Positions 38,602 to 47,565 of a DNA stretch of 64,000 nt are shown here, piece after piece. Position 1 is the first letter of the stretch. The number at the start of each line of letters is the position of its first letter. Origin of the DNA: Abditibacterium sp. (GTDB taxonomy: Bacteria; Armatimonadota; Abditibacteriia; Abditibacteriales; Abditibacteriaceae); assembly GCA_965199495.1 (NCBI GenBank), contig CBDASK010000003.1, positions 3,776,001-3,840,000 on the forward strand, read 5' to 3'. The notes below the pieces were generated by a model. The model was not told where the DNA came from, searched no databases, and saw nothing but the letters and a program-made list of their open reading frames with translations. The position numbers and the translations under genes were made by a program.

Positions 38602-39463
38602 ACCAATGGTGCGGGTGTGCGAAGGAGTCATCGGGACGGCAAACTTTGAGGTTGACCAAAACACCAAAGAGCCTCCCCGATGACCACAATTGATTTTACC
38701 ATTGCCCTGTTTTGCCGTGTCGATGATGGGTTATTCGACCAAGAGAAACACCCGTTTTCCCTGCTTCATCCCAGCGAAGTTGTGACACTGGCGATGCTGC
38801 AAGTGCTGCGCGGCGAAGGCAATCGCGCTTTTGATCGTTGGGTGCGGCGCGAGTTAGGCCCGCTCTTTCCCCGGCTGCCCGAACGCACACGCCTGTTCCG
38901 TTTGTTCGTCACTTATCAAGCACTCTGTCAACGTTTTCTGGCCACAGCCACGCTCTTTGGCGTGGTGGACTCCTACGGCATCGAGCTTGTGCATCCCTGG
39001 CGCGAGCGGCACACTCAGCGCGAGATTGCGCGCAAAGGCAAGAGTCTGCACCGTTGGATTGTTGGGGCCAAAATCTGCGTATTGACCGATAATCTGGGGC
39101 GCATCGTGGGCTTTCGCGTGGATGGGGCGGGCGTGCATGACAGCGCCTTTCACCCGCTCATCGAGTCGGTCAAAGAGCAGATGATCGTGTTTAGCGACGG
39201 AGGCTTCCACGCCCGTGGGGGCGACCCAGAAAACCTGAAGATCTGCCGCAAGGGGCAGTGGAACGACCGTATGATCGTCGAGACGCTCTTCTCTTTGTTC
39301 ACAACCGTCTTGAGGATGAAGAAGCTCGCCCATCGGTTGCTTGAACCGCTCAAAGCCCGATTGGCTTATACCTGCGCCGTCTGTAATATCTGCTTCGATT
39401 GGGACGGAAAAACCGAACTGCGTTTGGCCCAGTTTAAGCTCTAAAGACACCCGCACCATTGGT
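38602..39463 (+). mobile_element. IS982-like insertion sequence, 862 bp
   Basis: Perfect 17-bp TIRs accaatggtgcgggtgt (38602-38618, 39447-39463) flanked by TAATTA at 38596-38601 and 39464-39469. Confidence 0.9.
38680..39444 (+). CDS. DDE transposase (IS982-like)
   Basis: SEVVTL, FPRLPERTRLFR, VVDS, VHD, FSDGGF, RMIVETLFS. Confidence 0.88.
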   Translation: MTTIDFTIALFCRVDDGLFDQEKHPFSLLHPSEVVTLAMLQVLRGEGNRAFDRWVRRELGPLFPRLPERTRLFRLFVTYQALCQRFLATATLFGVVDSYGIELVHPWRERHTQREIARKGKSLHRWIVGAKICVLTDNLGRIVGFRVDGAGVHDSAFHPLIESVKEQMIVFSDGGFHARGGDPENLKICRKGQWNDRMIVETLFSLFTTVLRMKKLAHRLLEPLKARLAYTCAVCNICFDWDGKTELRLAQFKL

Positions 39464-39557
39464 TAATTAGACCTCTTGAATAAATCAAAATTGAGAGTCA
39501 ATACACGCCGACCAGCGCCGAATTCATTCGTGCGGCCAAATAGTTAAAATTTAATCC

Positions 39558-40157
39558 GTGCGTAAAATTGGTTTAATGGGCGGCACCTTCGACCCGATTC
39601 ACTTCGGCCATCTTTTCATCGCCGAGGCCGCGCGTGTGGCGTGCGACCTGGACGAAGTGATATTTTTTCCCAACAATTTGCCCGCGCACGCGCAGGGAAA
39701 AAGCGTGAATGCGAACGCGGAAACGCGATGGGAATTGATGTGTCTGGGCATCGCCGACAACCCGCATTTTCGCGGTTCACGCATTGAAATTGAGCGGCCC
39801 GGTAAATCGTTCGCGTTCGATACGATTGGACAATTTCAACGCGATTTGGGCGCCGATGTCGAACTCTATTTCATCATCGGCGCCGATTCGATGCGCGATT
39901 TGCTTACCTGGTATCGCGGCGCGGAATTGTTTGGGTTGTGTCGCTTCGTGGCAGCCACGCGGCCCGGCTTCGATGGTGCGGCGGCGATTGCGGCATTATC
40001 GGATTGGCAAAAATCGCGCGTTATCGCGCTCGAAGTGCCGGGTTTGCATATTTCTTCGACCGACTTGCGCGCGCGCGTGGCTGCGGGCGAAGCGGTGCGA
40101 TATTTGACACCTGAGCCTGTGCGCGAGCGTCTGGAAGAGTTAAACCCTTACCGATAG
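39558..40157 (+). CDS. nadD: Nicotinate-nucleotide adenylyltransferase
   Basis: GGTFDPIHFGH, FIIGADS, ISSTDLR. Confidence 0.96.
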   Translation: MRKIGLMGGTFDPIHFGHLFIAEAARVACDLDEVIFFPNNLPAHAQGKSVNANAETRWELMCLGIADNPHFRGSRIEIERPGKSFAFDTIGQFQRDLGADVELYFIIGADSMRDLLTWYRGAELFGLCRFVAATRPGFDGAAAIAALSDWQKSRVIALEVPGLHISSTDLRARVAAGEAVRYLTPEPVRERLEELNPYR

Positions 40158-40241
40158 TTTGAAGGTCGCGCGCCCGAAAGACGGGGCGCCGGGAGTTATA
40201 GAGTTATAGAAATCACTTACCCCATCATTGAGGTCGCCGAT

Positions 40242-40628
40242 TTGGAGACGACCGAAGCCGGGCGCAAAACCGCCCTGCTGTGCCAAAGCGCCAACGAATT
40301 GAAGGCGCTCGATATTACCGTTTTGGACGTGCGCGGCCAAACCATCATCGCCGATTATTTCGTGTTGTGTTCGGGCACATCCTCGACGCATATCCAATCC
40401 ATCGCCGAACACGCGCGCGATGAAATGCGCGAAAACGGCTACCGCGCGCGCCCCGAAGGCGTGCCCGCGTCGTTCTGGGTCGTGCTCGATTATGGCGACG
40501 CCATTTTGCACGTTCTCAACGGAGACACGCGCGAATTCTACGATTTGGAGCGCTTGTGGGCCGAAGCGAAAATCGCGGGGTGGCCAGACTCCGAAACTTC
40601 TGTTATAATTGAATCCGAAAATGTTTGA
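40242..40628 (+). CDS. rsfS: Ribosome silencing factor
   Basis: KALDITVLDV, DYFVLCSG, WVVLDYGD, REFYDLERLW. Confidence 0.95.
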   Translation: METTEAGRKTALLCQSANELKALDITVLDVRGQTIIADYFVLCSGTSSTHIQSIAEHARDEMRENGYRARPEGVPASFWVVLDYGDAILHVLNGDTREFYDLERLWAEAKIAGWPDSETSVIIESENV

Positions 40629-40767
40629 ACGCCTCCCCGTGAACGTCGCCAACCGCTCGCTTTGCGCCAGTTATTCTGCGCAGACGACGGTGCGTCTCAT
40701 GCCGATGCCGATTTGCTCTTTACGAGATAAATCGAGCATTTTGGCGTGGGATTTTGGCGGCGCTCAT

Positions 40768-40914
40768 GCGGGACGGGTGCGCGGCAGGTATGGATTTCGA
40801 CATGGAAGGCCTTGTTCTTCAAGGCTCTCCTGCTTTTCTTCCACGCCCGGCCCGCTCGCCCAGTAACGCATTTTCAGTTGCGTCCACTGCGCACGCGCCG
40901 GGCGTTTTTGTTTT
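40768..40914 (+). promoter_or_regulatory. Candidate structured leader RNA with an alternative terminator-like pairing
   Basis: 40768-40779 pairs with 40844-40855, enclosing a multibranch fold; 40843-40851 can instead pair with 40897-40905 before a U-run. Confidence 0.35.
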
Positions 40915-40916
40915 CC

Positions 40917-41025
40917 AGGGACAAGTAGCAAGGAGCAGGGAACAAGCGGCATGTCAAATTAGCAATTGTTGATGCGAACGCTCTTTCTCTATTTCCTTGT
41001 TCCCTGTCCCGTGATCCTTGTCCCT
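40917..41025. repeat. Family A heptamer inverted repeat, copy 2 (degenerate)
   Basis: agggacaagtagcaaggagcagggaacaag ... cttgttccctgtcccgtgatccttgtccct. Confidence 0.75.
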
Positions 41026-41033
41026 TCACTGCC

Positions 41034-41774
41034 ATGACACCAAACCAGACACTTCGCGCCAACACGGGCGCTCATGATTTGAATTCGTTGGCGGCGCAGG
41101 AAGAGGCGACCAAACATTTGATGGCGGCGCGTATGCGCGTGCGCAAGGGCGAGCGTGAGGCGGCTTACGGCGAAATCAAACGCGCGTTTGCCGCTCATCC
41201 CGGCGACCGCAACGCCATCGAGATGTTGGGCGATCTTTACCTCGAAGACGGCGAGACCGAAAAGGCTTTGACGCTCTATCAACGCGCGCTCAAAGCTCAT
41301 CCGAATGATGCGGTTTTCGAGGAAAAGCTGGCGATTTGCCGGTTGGACTTGGCCGAAATCGAGGCCGACCGCATCGCGAAAGACAGCGGCGATCCCCTCG
41401 CGATTTTGCAGGCGCAGGCCGATTTGGGGCAGCTTTACGAGCGCGTGCCGCATAAAGCGGTTTCGCTTTCGCTATTTTTGCCGGGCGCGGGCCAGTTTTA
41501 TAACGACGAAATCGAGAAGGGCGCGTTTTTTCTGGGCGCGGGGTTGTTAAGTTGCATCGGTTGGTTCTACCCGATGTGGACAGCGGCCTCCAAATTACCC
41601 AAGGCGCAAAGGCTTGATTTCGGGACGGCAATCAGTTCGCTGCACGGCGGTTGGAACGTGCTATTTTGGCTGATGCTGTTGACGTGGCTGGCGGCTTACG
41701 CCGGTAGTATGGTGGACGCGGGCAAAACGGCGGCGGCGTTCAACGTCAATCGCCGTAAAGCGTTGGGACTGTAG
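41034..41774 (+). CDS. TPR-containing membrane protein
   Basis: LGDLYLEDGETEKALTLYQRALKAHP; SLFLPGAGQFYN followed by TM helices. Confidence 0.8.
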   Translation: MTPNQTLRANTGAHDLNSLAAQEEATKHLMAARMRVRKGEREAAYGEIKRAFAAHPGDRNAIEMLGDLYLEDGETEKALTLYQRALKAHPNDAVFEEKLAICRLDLAEIEADRIAKDSGDPLAILQAQADLGQLYERVPHKAVSLSLFLPGAGQFYNDEIEKGAFFLGAGLLSCIGWFYPMWTAASKLPKAQRLDFGTAISSLHGGWNVLFWLMLLTWLAAYAGSMVDAGKTAAAFNVNRRKALGL

Positions 41775-41931
41775 AGTTGTCTGATGTTACGCGTTTTCCC
41801 TGACTACAATTAAATTTTCCATCGGCCCCAAAGCCGTCGAAATATATTCCTGTGGCTTAATCGCCACGCCTCGGCCCAGCCGCAATTCTGTGGAAGTTGG
41901 CCGACACAATTTGAGACGGAGAGGCATTCTA

Positions 41932-42612
41932 ATGTCACGCAACCCACCACAAAAGAACCCTTCGCCCTCCCTCAATCCGACGAGGGCGAACCCCCGGCGC
42001 AAAGGCAAAAAGTCCCGCGCGCAGAACAGGCAGGACGAGCCAGTCGTTTCTGTCATCCAAGAGAACAACCCACAACACGCCAGCAGTTTGCCCGGCGTTT
42101 TGGTTCTCAACGGCAATTTTGAGCCGCTCAACATCTGCTCGGTCGCACGCGGCATGACGCTTTTGTTTCTGGGCAAAGCCGAAGTGCTGCGTTACAGCGA
42201 GGCGCGCGTGCGCTCGGCGGAAGATTCGTTCCAAATCCCGTCGGTTTTGCGCTTGCACGAAGTCGTGCGGCGTCCGTTGCCCGAACTGAAAATTTCGCGC
42301 AAATCGGTGTTGGCGCGCGATAGCTACACCTGCGTTTATTGCGGTTCGCGCGAGACGCTGACGATTGACCACGTTTTTCCGCGCCATCGCGGCGGCGAAA
42401 ATACGTGGGAGAACGTGGTTTGTTCGTGTCTGCGCTGCAACAACAAAAAGGGCAATCGCACGCCGCAGGAATGCGGATTGCGTTTGCCGCATCCGCCGCG
42501 CAAGCCGCGTTACATTCCTTATATTTCGTTTCCGCGCTTTGTCAGCGCCGTCAAGCGCCCCGAATGGCGCGAGTTTCTGGTCGGTTTTGGCAAAGGTTTG
42601 GATTTGGATTGA
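41932..42612 (+). CDS. HNH endonuclease (McrA-like conserved family)
   Basis: VLVLN..FEPL, PSVLRL, RDSYTCVYCG, TIDHVFP, WENVVCSCLRCNNKKG. Confidence 0.92.
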   Translation: MSRNPPQKNPSPSLNPTRANPRRKGKKSRAQNRQDEPVVSVIQENNPQHASSLPGVLVLNGNFEPLNICSVARGMTLLFLGKAEVLRYSEARVRSAEDSFQIPSVLRLHEVVRRPLPELKISRKSVLARDSYTCVYCGSRETLTIDHVFPRHRGGENTWENVVCSCLRCNNKKGNRTPQECGLRLPHPPRKPRYIPYISFPRFVSAVKRPEWREFLVGFGKGLDLD

Positions 42613-42636
42613 GGCGCGCGATGCAGCCACAGCGCC

Positions 42637-42726
42637 ACCAAAGAACCCCGCGACCCAAATGTCGCGGGGTTCTTTGGTTTTGCATTTCTTCGCCGCTCTA
42701 AAACCCGCGAAGAAATGCAAAACCAA
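42637..42726. terminator. Two adjacent, slightly overlapping hairpins between convergent genes
   Basis: 18-bp stem 42637-42654/42661-42678 and 20-bp stem 42674-42693/42707-42726. Confidence 0.75.
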
Positions 42727-42741
42727 ATTTCAGGTATTAAA

Positions 42742-43713
42742 TTAACTCGTCGTCGCACGTTTTAATCTGTCGCGCACGGCTTCCCAACTGGGAATACTGG
42801 GCACTTCCTCAACGAGAATGAGTTCGACGCCTACTTCGTCGAGTTCGTGCAGCGCCGCGTAAAGTGCGCGACCATAACTGGCGGGATCGTGAGGCATCAC
42901 GATTTCTTGCGCGTTGAGTGTTGTTGGCTCCAGCGAAATTACGCCGAGTTTTTTGCCGTCGCCCAGCATGACGGCGTGGAAATGGGCGTCGGTCAAATGC
43001 GAAAATAAACGCACGGCGGCGCGTGGCGCGTAGTGACGCGCCATCTGGCCGGGCGAAGTGCGCGGCGTTTGGTCGTCGGCGCTCGATTGATTGGGCGCCA
43101 GAACTTCGCCGAGTATCGGTTGCAGTTCGCGCGCGCCCAAAGCGCCGGGCCGCAGGATTTGCGGAATTGTTCCGCTCAAATCCAAAACCGTGGATTCCAA
43201 CCCGATTTCGCACGGCCCGCCATCGAGGATCCAAATCGCTTCGCCCAGCGAAGCGGCGACGTGGCTGGCTCGCGTGGGCGAAACCTGCTGCGAACGATTG
43301 GCCGACGGCGCCGCCAACGCCAAACCGGATTGGCGCAACAATTCCAACGCGACCGGATGGGCGGGCACGCGAACAGCCACCGTCGGCAAACCGGCGCTGA
43401 CTGCCTCGCAAACCACGCCACGCGACGGCAAAACGAGCGTGAGCGGCCCCGGCCAAAACTGCTCGGCCAACCTCTGCGCGCGCTCGTTCCATTCGACGAT
43501 GCGCTTTGCGCCTTCGACATCGGCGATATGAACGATGAGCGGGTTGAAAGCGGGGCGTCCTTTGCGCGCATAAATCTTGGTGACAGCTTCGGCGTTCGTG
43601 GCATCGGCGCCCAGGCCGTAAACCGTTTCGGTGGGGAAAGCCACCAATTCGCCCGCTTGCAAACGCTTTGCGGCCTCTTCGATATGTGCGGAAGTTGCGG
43701 GGAAAATGGGCAT
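42742..43713 (-). CDS. tsaC: Threonylcarbamoyl-AMP synthase (Sua5 type)
   Basis: VAFPTETVYGLG, KGRPAFNPLIVH, AAPSAN, PGQMARHYAP. Confidence 0.96.
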   Translation of the reverse strand: MPIFPATSAHIEEAAKRLQAGELVAFPTETVYGLGADATNAEAVTKIYARKGRPAFNPLIVHIADVEGAKRIVEWNERAQRLAEQFWPGPLTLVLPSRGVVCEAVSAGLPTVAVRVPAHPVALELLRQSGLALAAPSANRSQQVSPTRASHVAASLGEAIWILDGGPCEIGLESTVLDLSGTIPQILRPGALGARELQPILGEVLAPNQSSADDQTPRTSPGQMARHYAPRAAVRLFSHLTDAHFHAVMLGDGKKLGVISLEPTTLNAQEIVMPHDPASYGRALYAALHELDEVGVELILVEEVPSIPSWEAVRDRLKRATTS

Positions 43714-43766
43714 TTCTAAACGGGAACAGTCGAACGCCAGAAGCTCCGCGTTCGTCGGATTTAAAT

Positions 43767-44138
43767 ATGAATTCCAAACTTTTGCTGGCCAGCGCGTTGG
43801 GCGCGATTACACCCATCGTTGCCCTCGCGGCGCCCGCGACTTCGGTGCAAAAAATCCATACGGTTTACGATCACTCGGCGCGCGGCGACGCCTATTTTAA
43901 CAAGCGATTGCGCGTCGAAATGCGCCAGATGGGCTTGCGTTTCGTCGGCGACCGCAAAAAGGCGGATGTGATTTTGGATTCGTGGGGCGAAGGCAAAGAC
44001 GGCGGATTTCGCGCCAACATGACGCTGCGCGACCGCGCCGGACGCATTGTGTGGCGCGAAAGCGTTACTCGACCCAAAAAGTCGCGCGTTATGGCCTTTG
44101 AACGTTTGGGCGACAAGTTGCGAGCGGCGCGGAAATAA
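43767..44138 (+). CDS. Small secreted hypothetical protein
   Basis: Signal peptide MNSKLLLASALG...ALA followed by a basic domain. Confidence 0.65.
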   Translation: MNSKLLLASALGAITPIVALAAPATSVQKIHTVYDHSARGDAYFNKRLRVEMRQMGLRFVGDRKKADVILDSWGEGKDGGFRANMTLRDRAGRIVWRESVTRPKKSRVMAFERLGDKLRAARK

Positions 44139-44222
44139 GGAACAAGTGGCAGGGGACAAGGGACAAGAAAATACGGCGTCTGCGTTCTCCACCTGTTCCC
44201 TGTTCCTTGCCACTTGTTCCCT
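44138..44222. repeat. Family A heptamer inverted repeat, copy 3
   Basis: aggaacaagtggcaggggacaagggacaag ... cctgttccctgttccttgccacttgttccct. Confidence 0.85.
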
Positions 44223-44224
44223 GG

Positions 44225-44854
44225 TTAGGCTTCCATTGCGTCAATCCACGCGCGCGCGATGAGCGCGTGACCGGCGGGCGTGGGATGAACGCCATCGTGC
44301 GCCCAGAACGCCGGTTCGCGTTTGGCCGAAGCCGCCGCGAAGATGCCGTCGAGCGGAACCAAAGTCGCCTCGAACTCGCGCGCCAAATCGCGCACAATGT
44401 CAATTTTCGGATTCAAATCTTCGCGCCACGCGCGGCGGTCATCGGGCACAGGCAACAGAAACGGCTCCAGCAAAACCAGACGCGCGCCGTCTTTGGCGAT
44501 TTTCTTCAAAACGTTGCGGTAAGACGCGGCGAACTTATCGTGTTCCGATACGACGCCCGAATCGTAGCGGCGCCACACATCGTTGATGCCGATCAAAATC
44601 GAAACGATGTCGGGTTCTTCGTCCAAAACGTCGGCTTTGAGACGTTTTTCCAAATCGTAAATGCGGTTGCCGCCGATGCCTTTGTTGGTGAAAACCAGTT
44701 CGTCGGCGGGGTCTTGCGCGCTCAGGTAAGCGGCAATTTGAAAGGCGTAACCGACGCCCCAACCGTTGGGATCGCCCGCGTTGGCGTCGCGGTTGCGGCC
44801 CGCATCGGTGATGGAGTCGCCGAAAAATAAAATGTGGTCTTGCGGTTCAATCAT
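44225..44854 (-). CDS. SGNH/GDSL hydrolase
   Basis: GDSIT, NKGIGG, IGIND, DGVHP. Confidence 0.93.
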   Translation of the reverse strand: MIEPQDHILFFGDSITDAGRNRDANAGDPNGWGVGYAFQIAAYLSAQDPADELVFTNKGIGGNRIYDLEKRLKADVLDEEPDIVSILIGINDVWRRYDSGVVSEHDKFAASYRNVLKKIAKDGARLVLLEPFLLPVPDDRRAWREDLNPKIDIVRDLAREFEATLVPLDGIFAAASAKREPAFWAHDGVHPTPAGHALIARAWIDAMEA

Positions 44855-44893
44855 GCCCTAAGATTTTAGCTGATTTAAACGGATGCGGGCGCT

Positions 44894-45565
44894 TTACTTT
44901 TCGCCCAATCGCAAGCGATTGACAAACAGATGCGCGCGCCGCGTCGGTTCGGGAATGCGATAGCCGCCATCGCACAGCAGCATCATATCGAGCGCGCTCT
45001 CCAAATCTATCTTGTTTCCGGGCGAAACATAAACCGGTTTGACGCGATTTTTGGTGCGCAACGCCGCGCCAATGGTCTGGTTTTTATAGACGATGGGCGA
45101 TGTCGAGCCGCGCGTTTCGCCCGGCGTTTCGTAGTGACCGCACAACAAAGTTTTGGCGCAACCGATGGTCGGAATATCGAGCCACAAACCCAGATGGCAA
45201 GCCACGCCAAAACCGCGCGGATGCGCCGTGCCCTGACCGTCGGTGACCAATAAATCGGGTTTGTTTTCCAATTTTTCCCAGACTTCTAAAATGGCGGGCG
45301 ATTCGCGAAACGACAGCAAGCCGGGCACATAGGGAAAGGGCGCCGTCGTTTGCAATCCGCGCTCTTCGACGATTTGTAAATCGGGTAAACGCAGCACAAC
45401 AATTCCGGCGTAAACAGTGTCAGAACCTTTGTCGAAAGACAAGTCGGCTCCGGCGATGAGGCGCGGTGGCTGGGAGAGCGGCTGCAACTGAATTTGCGAT
45501 TTCAGTTCTTTTTGCAGTTGGACGGCGTCGGTGGGCCGCAAATCCCACGAGTGAAGTTGGCGCAT
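44894..45565 (-). CDS. nfi: Endonuclease V
   Basis: GADLS, FPYVPGLLSFRE, DGQGTAHPR, PVYVSPG, YRIPEPTR. Confidence 0.97.
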   Translation of the reverse strand: MRQLHSWDLRPTDAVQLQKELKSQIQLQPLSQPPRLIAGADLSFDKGSDTVYAGIVVLRLPDLQIVEERGLQTTAPFPYVPGLLSFRESPAILEVWEKLENKPDLLVTDGQGTAHPRGFGVACHLGLWLDIPTIGCAKTLLCGHYETPGETRGSTSPIVYKNQTIGAALRTKNRVKPVYVSPGNKIDLESALDMMLLCDGGYRIPEPTRRAHLFVNRLRLGEK

Positions 45566-45669
45566 GAAATTTCGGTAGTCGCGAATGTCGGGCCAAAAGT
45601 GATAAAATAAATTGTAGTTATCGCCGGTGTCGAATCGGCAAGTTGAAGAATAAATCCATTCAAAACATC

Positions 45670-46983
45670 ATGAAAATCTTCGTTGCTGGCGCGCTTTTGT
45701 GCGCTTTATCCGCGCCGGTCTGGGCGCAAGAGATGCCTCCGGCGGCCAAACCCGATGCGAACACGCCCGAAACGGTTGAACCTCAGGCGGGCGCTCCGAT
45801 GACAGCCACGCCGCAGGCCAACAAAAAAGCGGCGCCGACGATTGGCGCGGGCGAACTGCGCTTGGACGGCAAAATCAAGGCGATGCTCAATCCGGGCGAA
45901 TGGCAGATGGAAGCGATTTCGTGGACTTCGCCGCGCGAGGTGATGACGGAGTTTTCCGATCCGAAATCGAAGACGATTAAAATCGGCGCCGACGCCTACA
46001 TTCATCCGGTCGGCGAAACCGATAAGGTCGCGATCAGAGACGTGAAGTTGGGCACGCGCATCGCGGTCATCGGCAAAAACGCCGCCGATGGTTCATTGAG
46101 CGCGCGCGAAATCATTTTGCTCGAAGGCTACGGTTCGCGCAAAACCGTCGGCACGCTTTCGAGCAATCCGTTCACATCGGCCTTGGTGCGCCAGAGCCGC
46201 AAGGCGCGCGAAGACGGCAACTTGCCCCAGGCGTTGAAGCTGATCGAAAGCGCGGTCACCGCCGCGCAGGGCATCAACGATTTAAGCGGCGAAGGCTTGG
46301 CAACGCAGGACAAAACTCTGCTGCTGATGGATTTGGGCGAAGTCGAGGCGGCGGGCAAAAGCGCCGAGCGCGTCGAGGCGATTGGCCGCAGCCTGAGCAA
46401 CTCGCTTTTGATCGCGATGGGCATGAACACGCGCGGGCGCGTATTGGCCGAGACCGGCGAACTCGATAAAGCGATTCAAGTTTTTGAAGCCGCCGATCCG
46501 ATCAGCGCGAGCAGCGAACCGGAAATTCAACTTTCGACGCTCAGTGGTTTGGCGCAGGTTTACGGACAGGCCGAGCGCACCCCGGATTTGGTGGCGACGC
46601 TGCAACGCATTTTTCCGCTCGAAGAATCGCTGCGCCAACCCGACGATGCGACCGGCACCTTGCTTTCGCTGGCGCGCACGCTGGCGCCGACCGACGCGAC
46701 CAAAGCGAAAGAATACTTGACGCAAGCCACGCCGCGCATTGATGACGCGAAAGACGAAAAGAAGCGCGCCGCCCTACGCAGTTCGTCGGCGCGGGCCAAA
46801 TATGCGCTGGGTGACAAAGACGGCGCCAAAGCCGATTTTGAAACGTCGGCCACGCTTTATGATGGCGTGGGCGATACCAAAAGCGCCGCCACCGCGCGCG
46901 CCGCCTTCGCGAAAATGGAGGCCAAAGGTGCGGCCAAACCCGGTGCGCCTGCGGCTCCCGTTGCGGACGAAACCGGTGAGTAA
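45670..46983 (+). CDS. Secreted TPR-repeat protein with N-terminal OB-like domain
   Basis: Signal peptide ending VWA; helical TPR-like repeats in the C-terminal half. Confidence 0.7.
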   Translation: MKIFVAGALLCALSAPVWAQEMPPAAKPDANTPETVEPQAGAPMTATPQANKKAAPTIGAGELRLDGKIKAMLNPGEWQMEAISWTSPREVMTEFSDPKSKTIKIGADAYIHPVGETDKVAIRDVKLGTRIAVIGKNAADGSLSAREIILLEGYGSRKTVGTLSSNPFTSALVRQSRKAREDGNLPQALKLIESAVTAAQGINDLSGEGLATQDKTLLLMDLGEVEAAGKSAERVEAIGRSLSNSLLIAMGMNTRGRVLAETGELDKAIQVFEAADPISASSEPEIQLSTLSGLAQVYGQAERTPDLVATLQRIFPLEESLRQPDDATGTLLSLARTLAPTDATKAKEYLTQATPRIDDAKDEKKRAALRSSSARAKYALGDKDGAKADFETSATLYDGVGDTKSAATARAAFAKMEAKGAAKPGAPAAPVADETGE

Positions 46984-46992
46984 TTAGCGAGG

Positions 46993-47040
46993 ACAAACCA
47001 AAAGAGCGCGCCATTTTTATGGCGCGCTCTTTTGGTTTGT
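46993..47040. terminator. Bidirectional terminator
   Basis: 22-bp perfect stem acaaaccaaaagagcgcgccat / atggcgcgctcttttggtttgt. Confidence 0.85.
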
Positions 47041-47043
47041 TCG

Positions 47044-47496
47044 CTAACTCGTTACTTCTTCGACTTCCTGACGCTGGCGGTCGAGCGTGCCCGCCAGATA
47101 AAGTCCGACGATAAACAGCGTGAAGTTGAGCATCACGCCCCATTTCTCTTCGAGCGGCCAGCGACCGTGCGGCAACTGGCCGTTGTGCGTGGGGATTTTC
47201 TTCGAGGGCATCGGCTCGAAGCGCGCCGGATCACGGCGCAGTTCGGCGGGAATGTGCTCGAAGTCGGGGCAAACCGCGCCCAGCGCGCCCCAGAATTGGC
47301 CGCTTTTCCAACCGTGCAAACGCCCGACCTGTGCCAGAGTGCCAAACACGAGGGGCGCCTCGCCGATGTCCATGTCGAGATGCGGCACAACGTCGCCCAC
47401 GATGTGCGAGCCAAAGCCCAAAACAAACGCCAGCGCCGGATTCTTGGCGTAACGCCCGATGGCCGCGCCGAGGGCGGCATGAACAAATCCAGTCAT
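47044..47496 (-). CDS. Membrane protein, possible metal-dependent hydrolase
   Basis: H..LG, SHIVGDVVPH and PD motifs with TM segments. Confidence 0.6.
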   Translation of the reverse strand: MTGFVHAALGAAIGRYAKNPALAFVLGFGSHIVGDVVPHLDMDIGEAPLVFGTLAQVGRLHGWKSGQFWGALGAVCPDFEHIPAELRRDPARFEPMPSKKIPTHNGQLPHGRWPLEEKWGVMLNFTLFIVGLYLAGTLDRQRQEVEEVTS

Positions 47497-47565
47497 ATTT
47501 TTTTATCAGGGAACAGTTTTCGAGAATCAGGGGCGACATACAACTGCAATGCCCCTGCTGAAAAC

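Noticed and set aside
40785..40805. GGATTTCGAC resembling the tmRNA 5' motif
   Set aside because: No matching acceptor stem, T-arm or tag reading frame was found nearby.
41932..42612. HNH nuclease as an anti-phage system
   Set aside because: Stand-alone member of a widespread family among housekeeping genes, with no defence partners adjacent.
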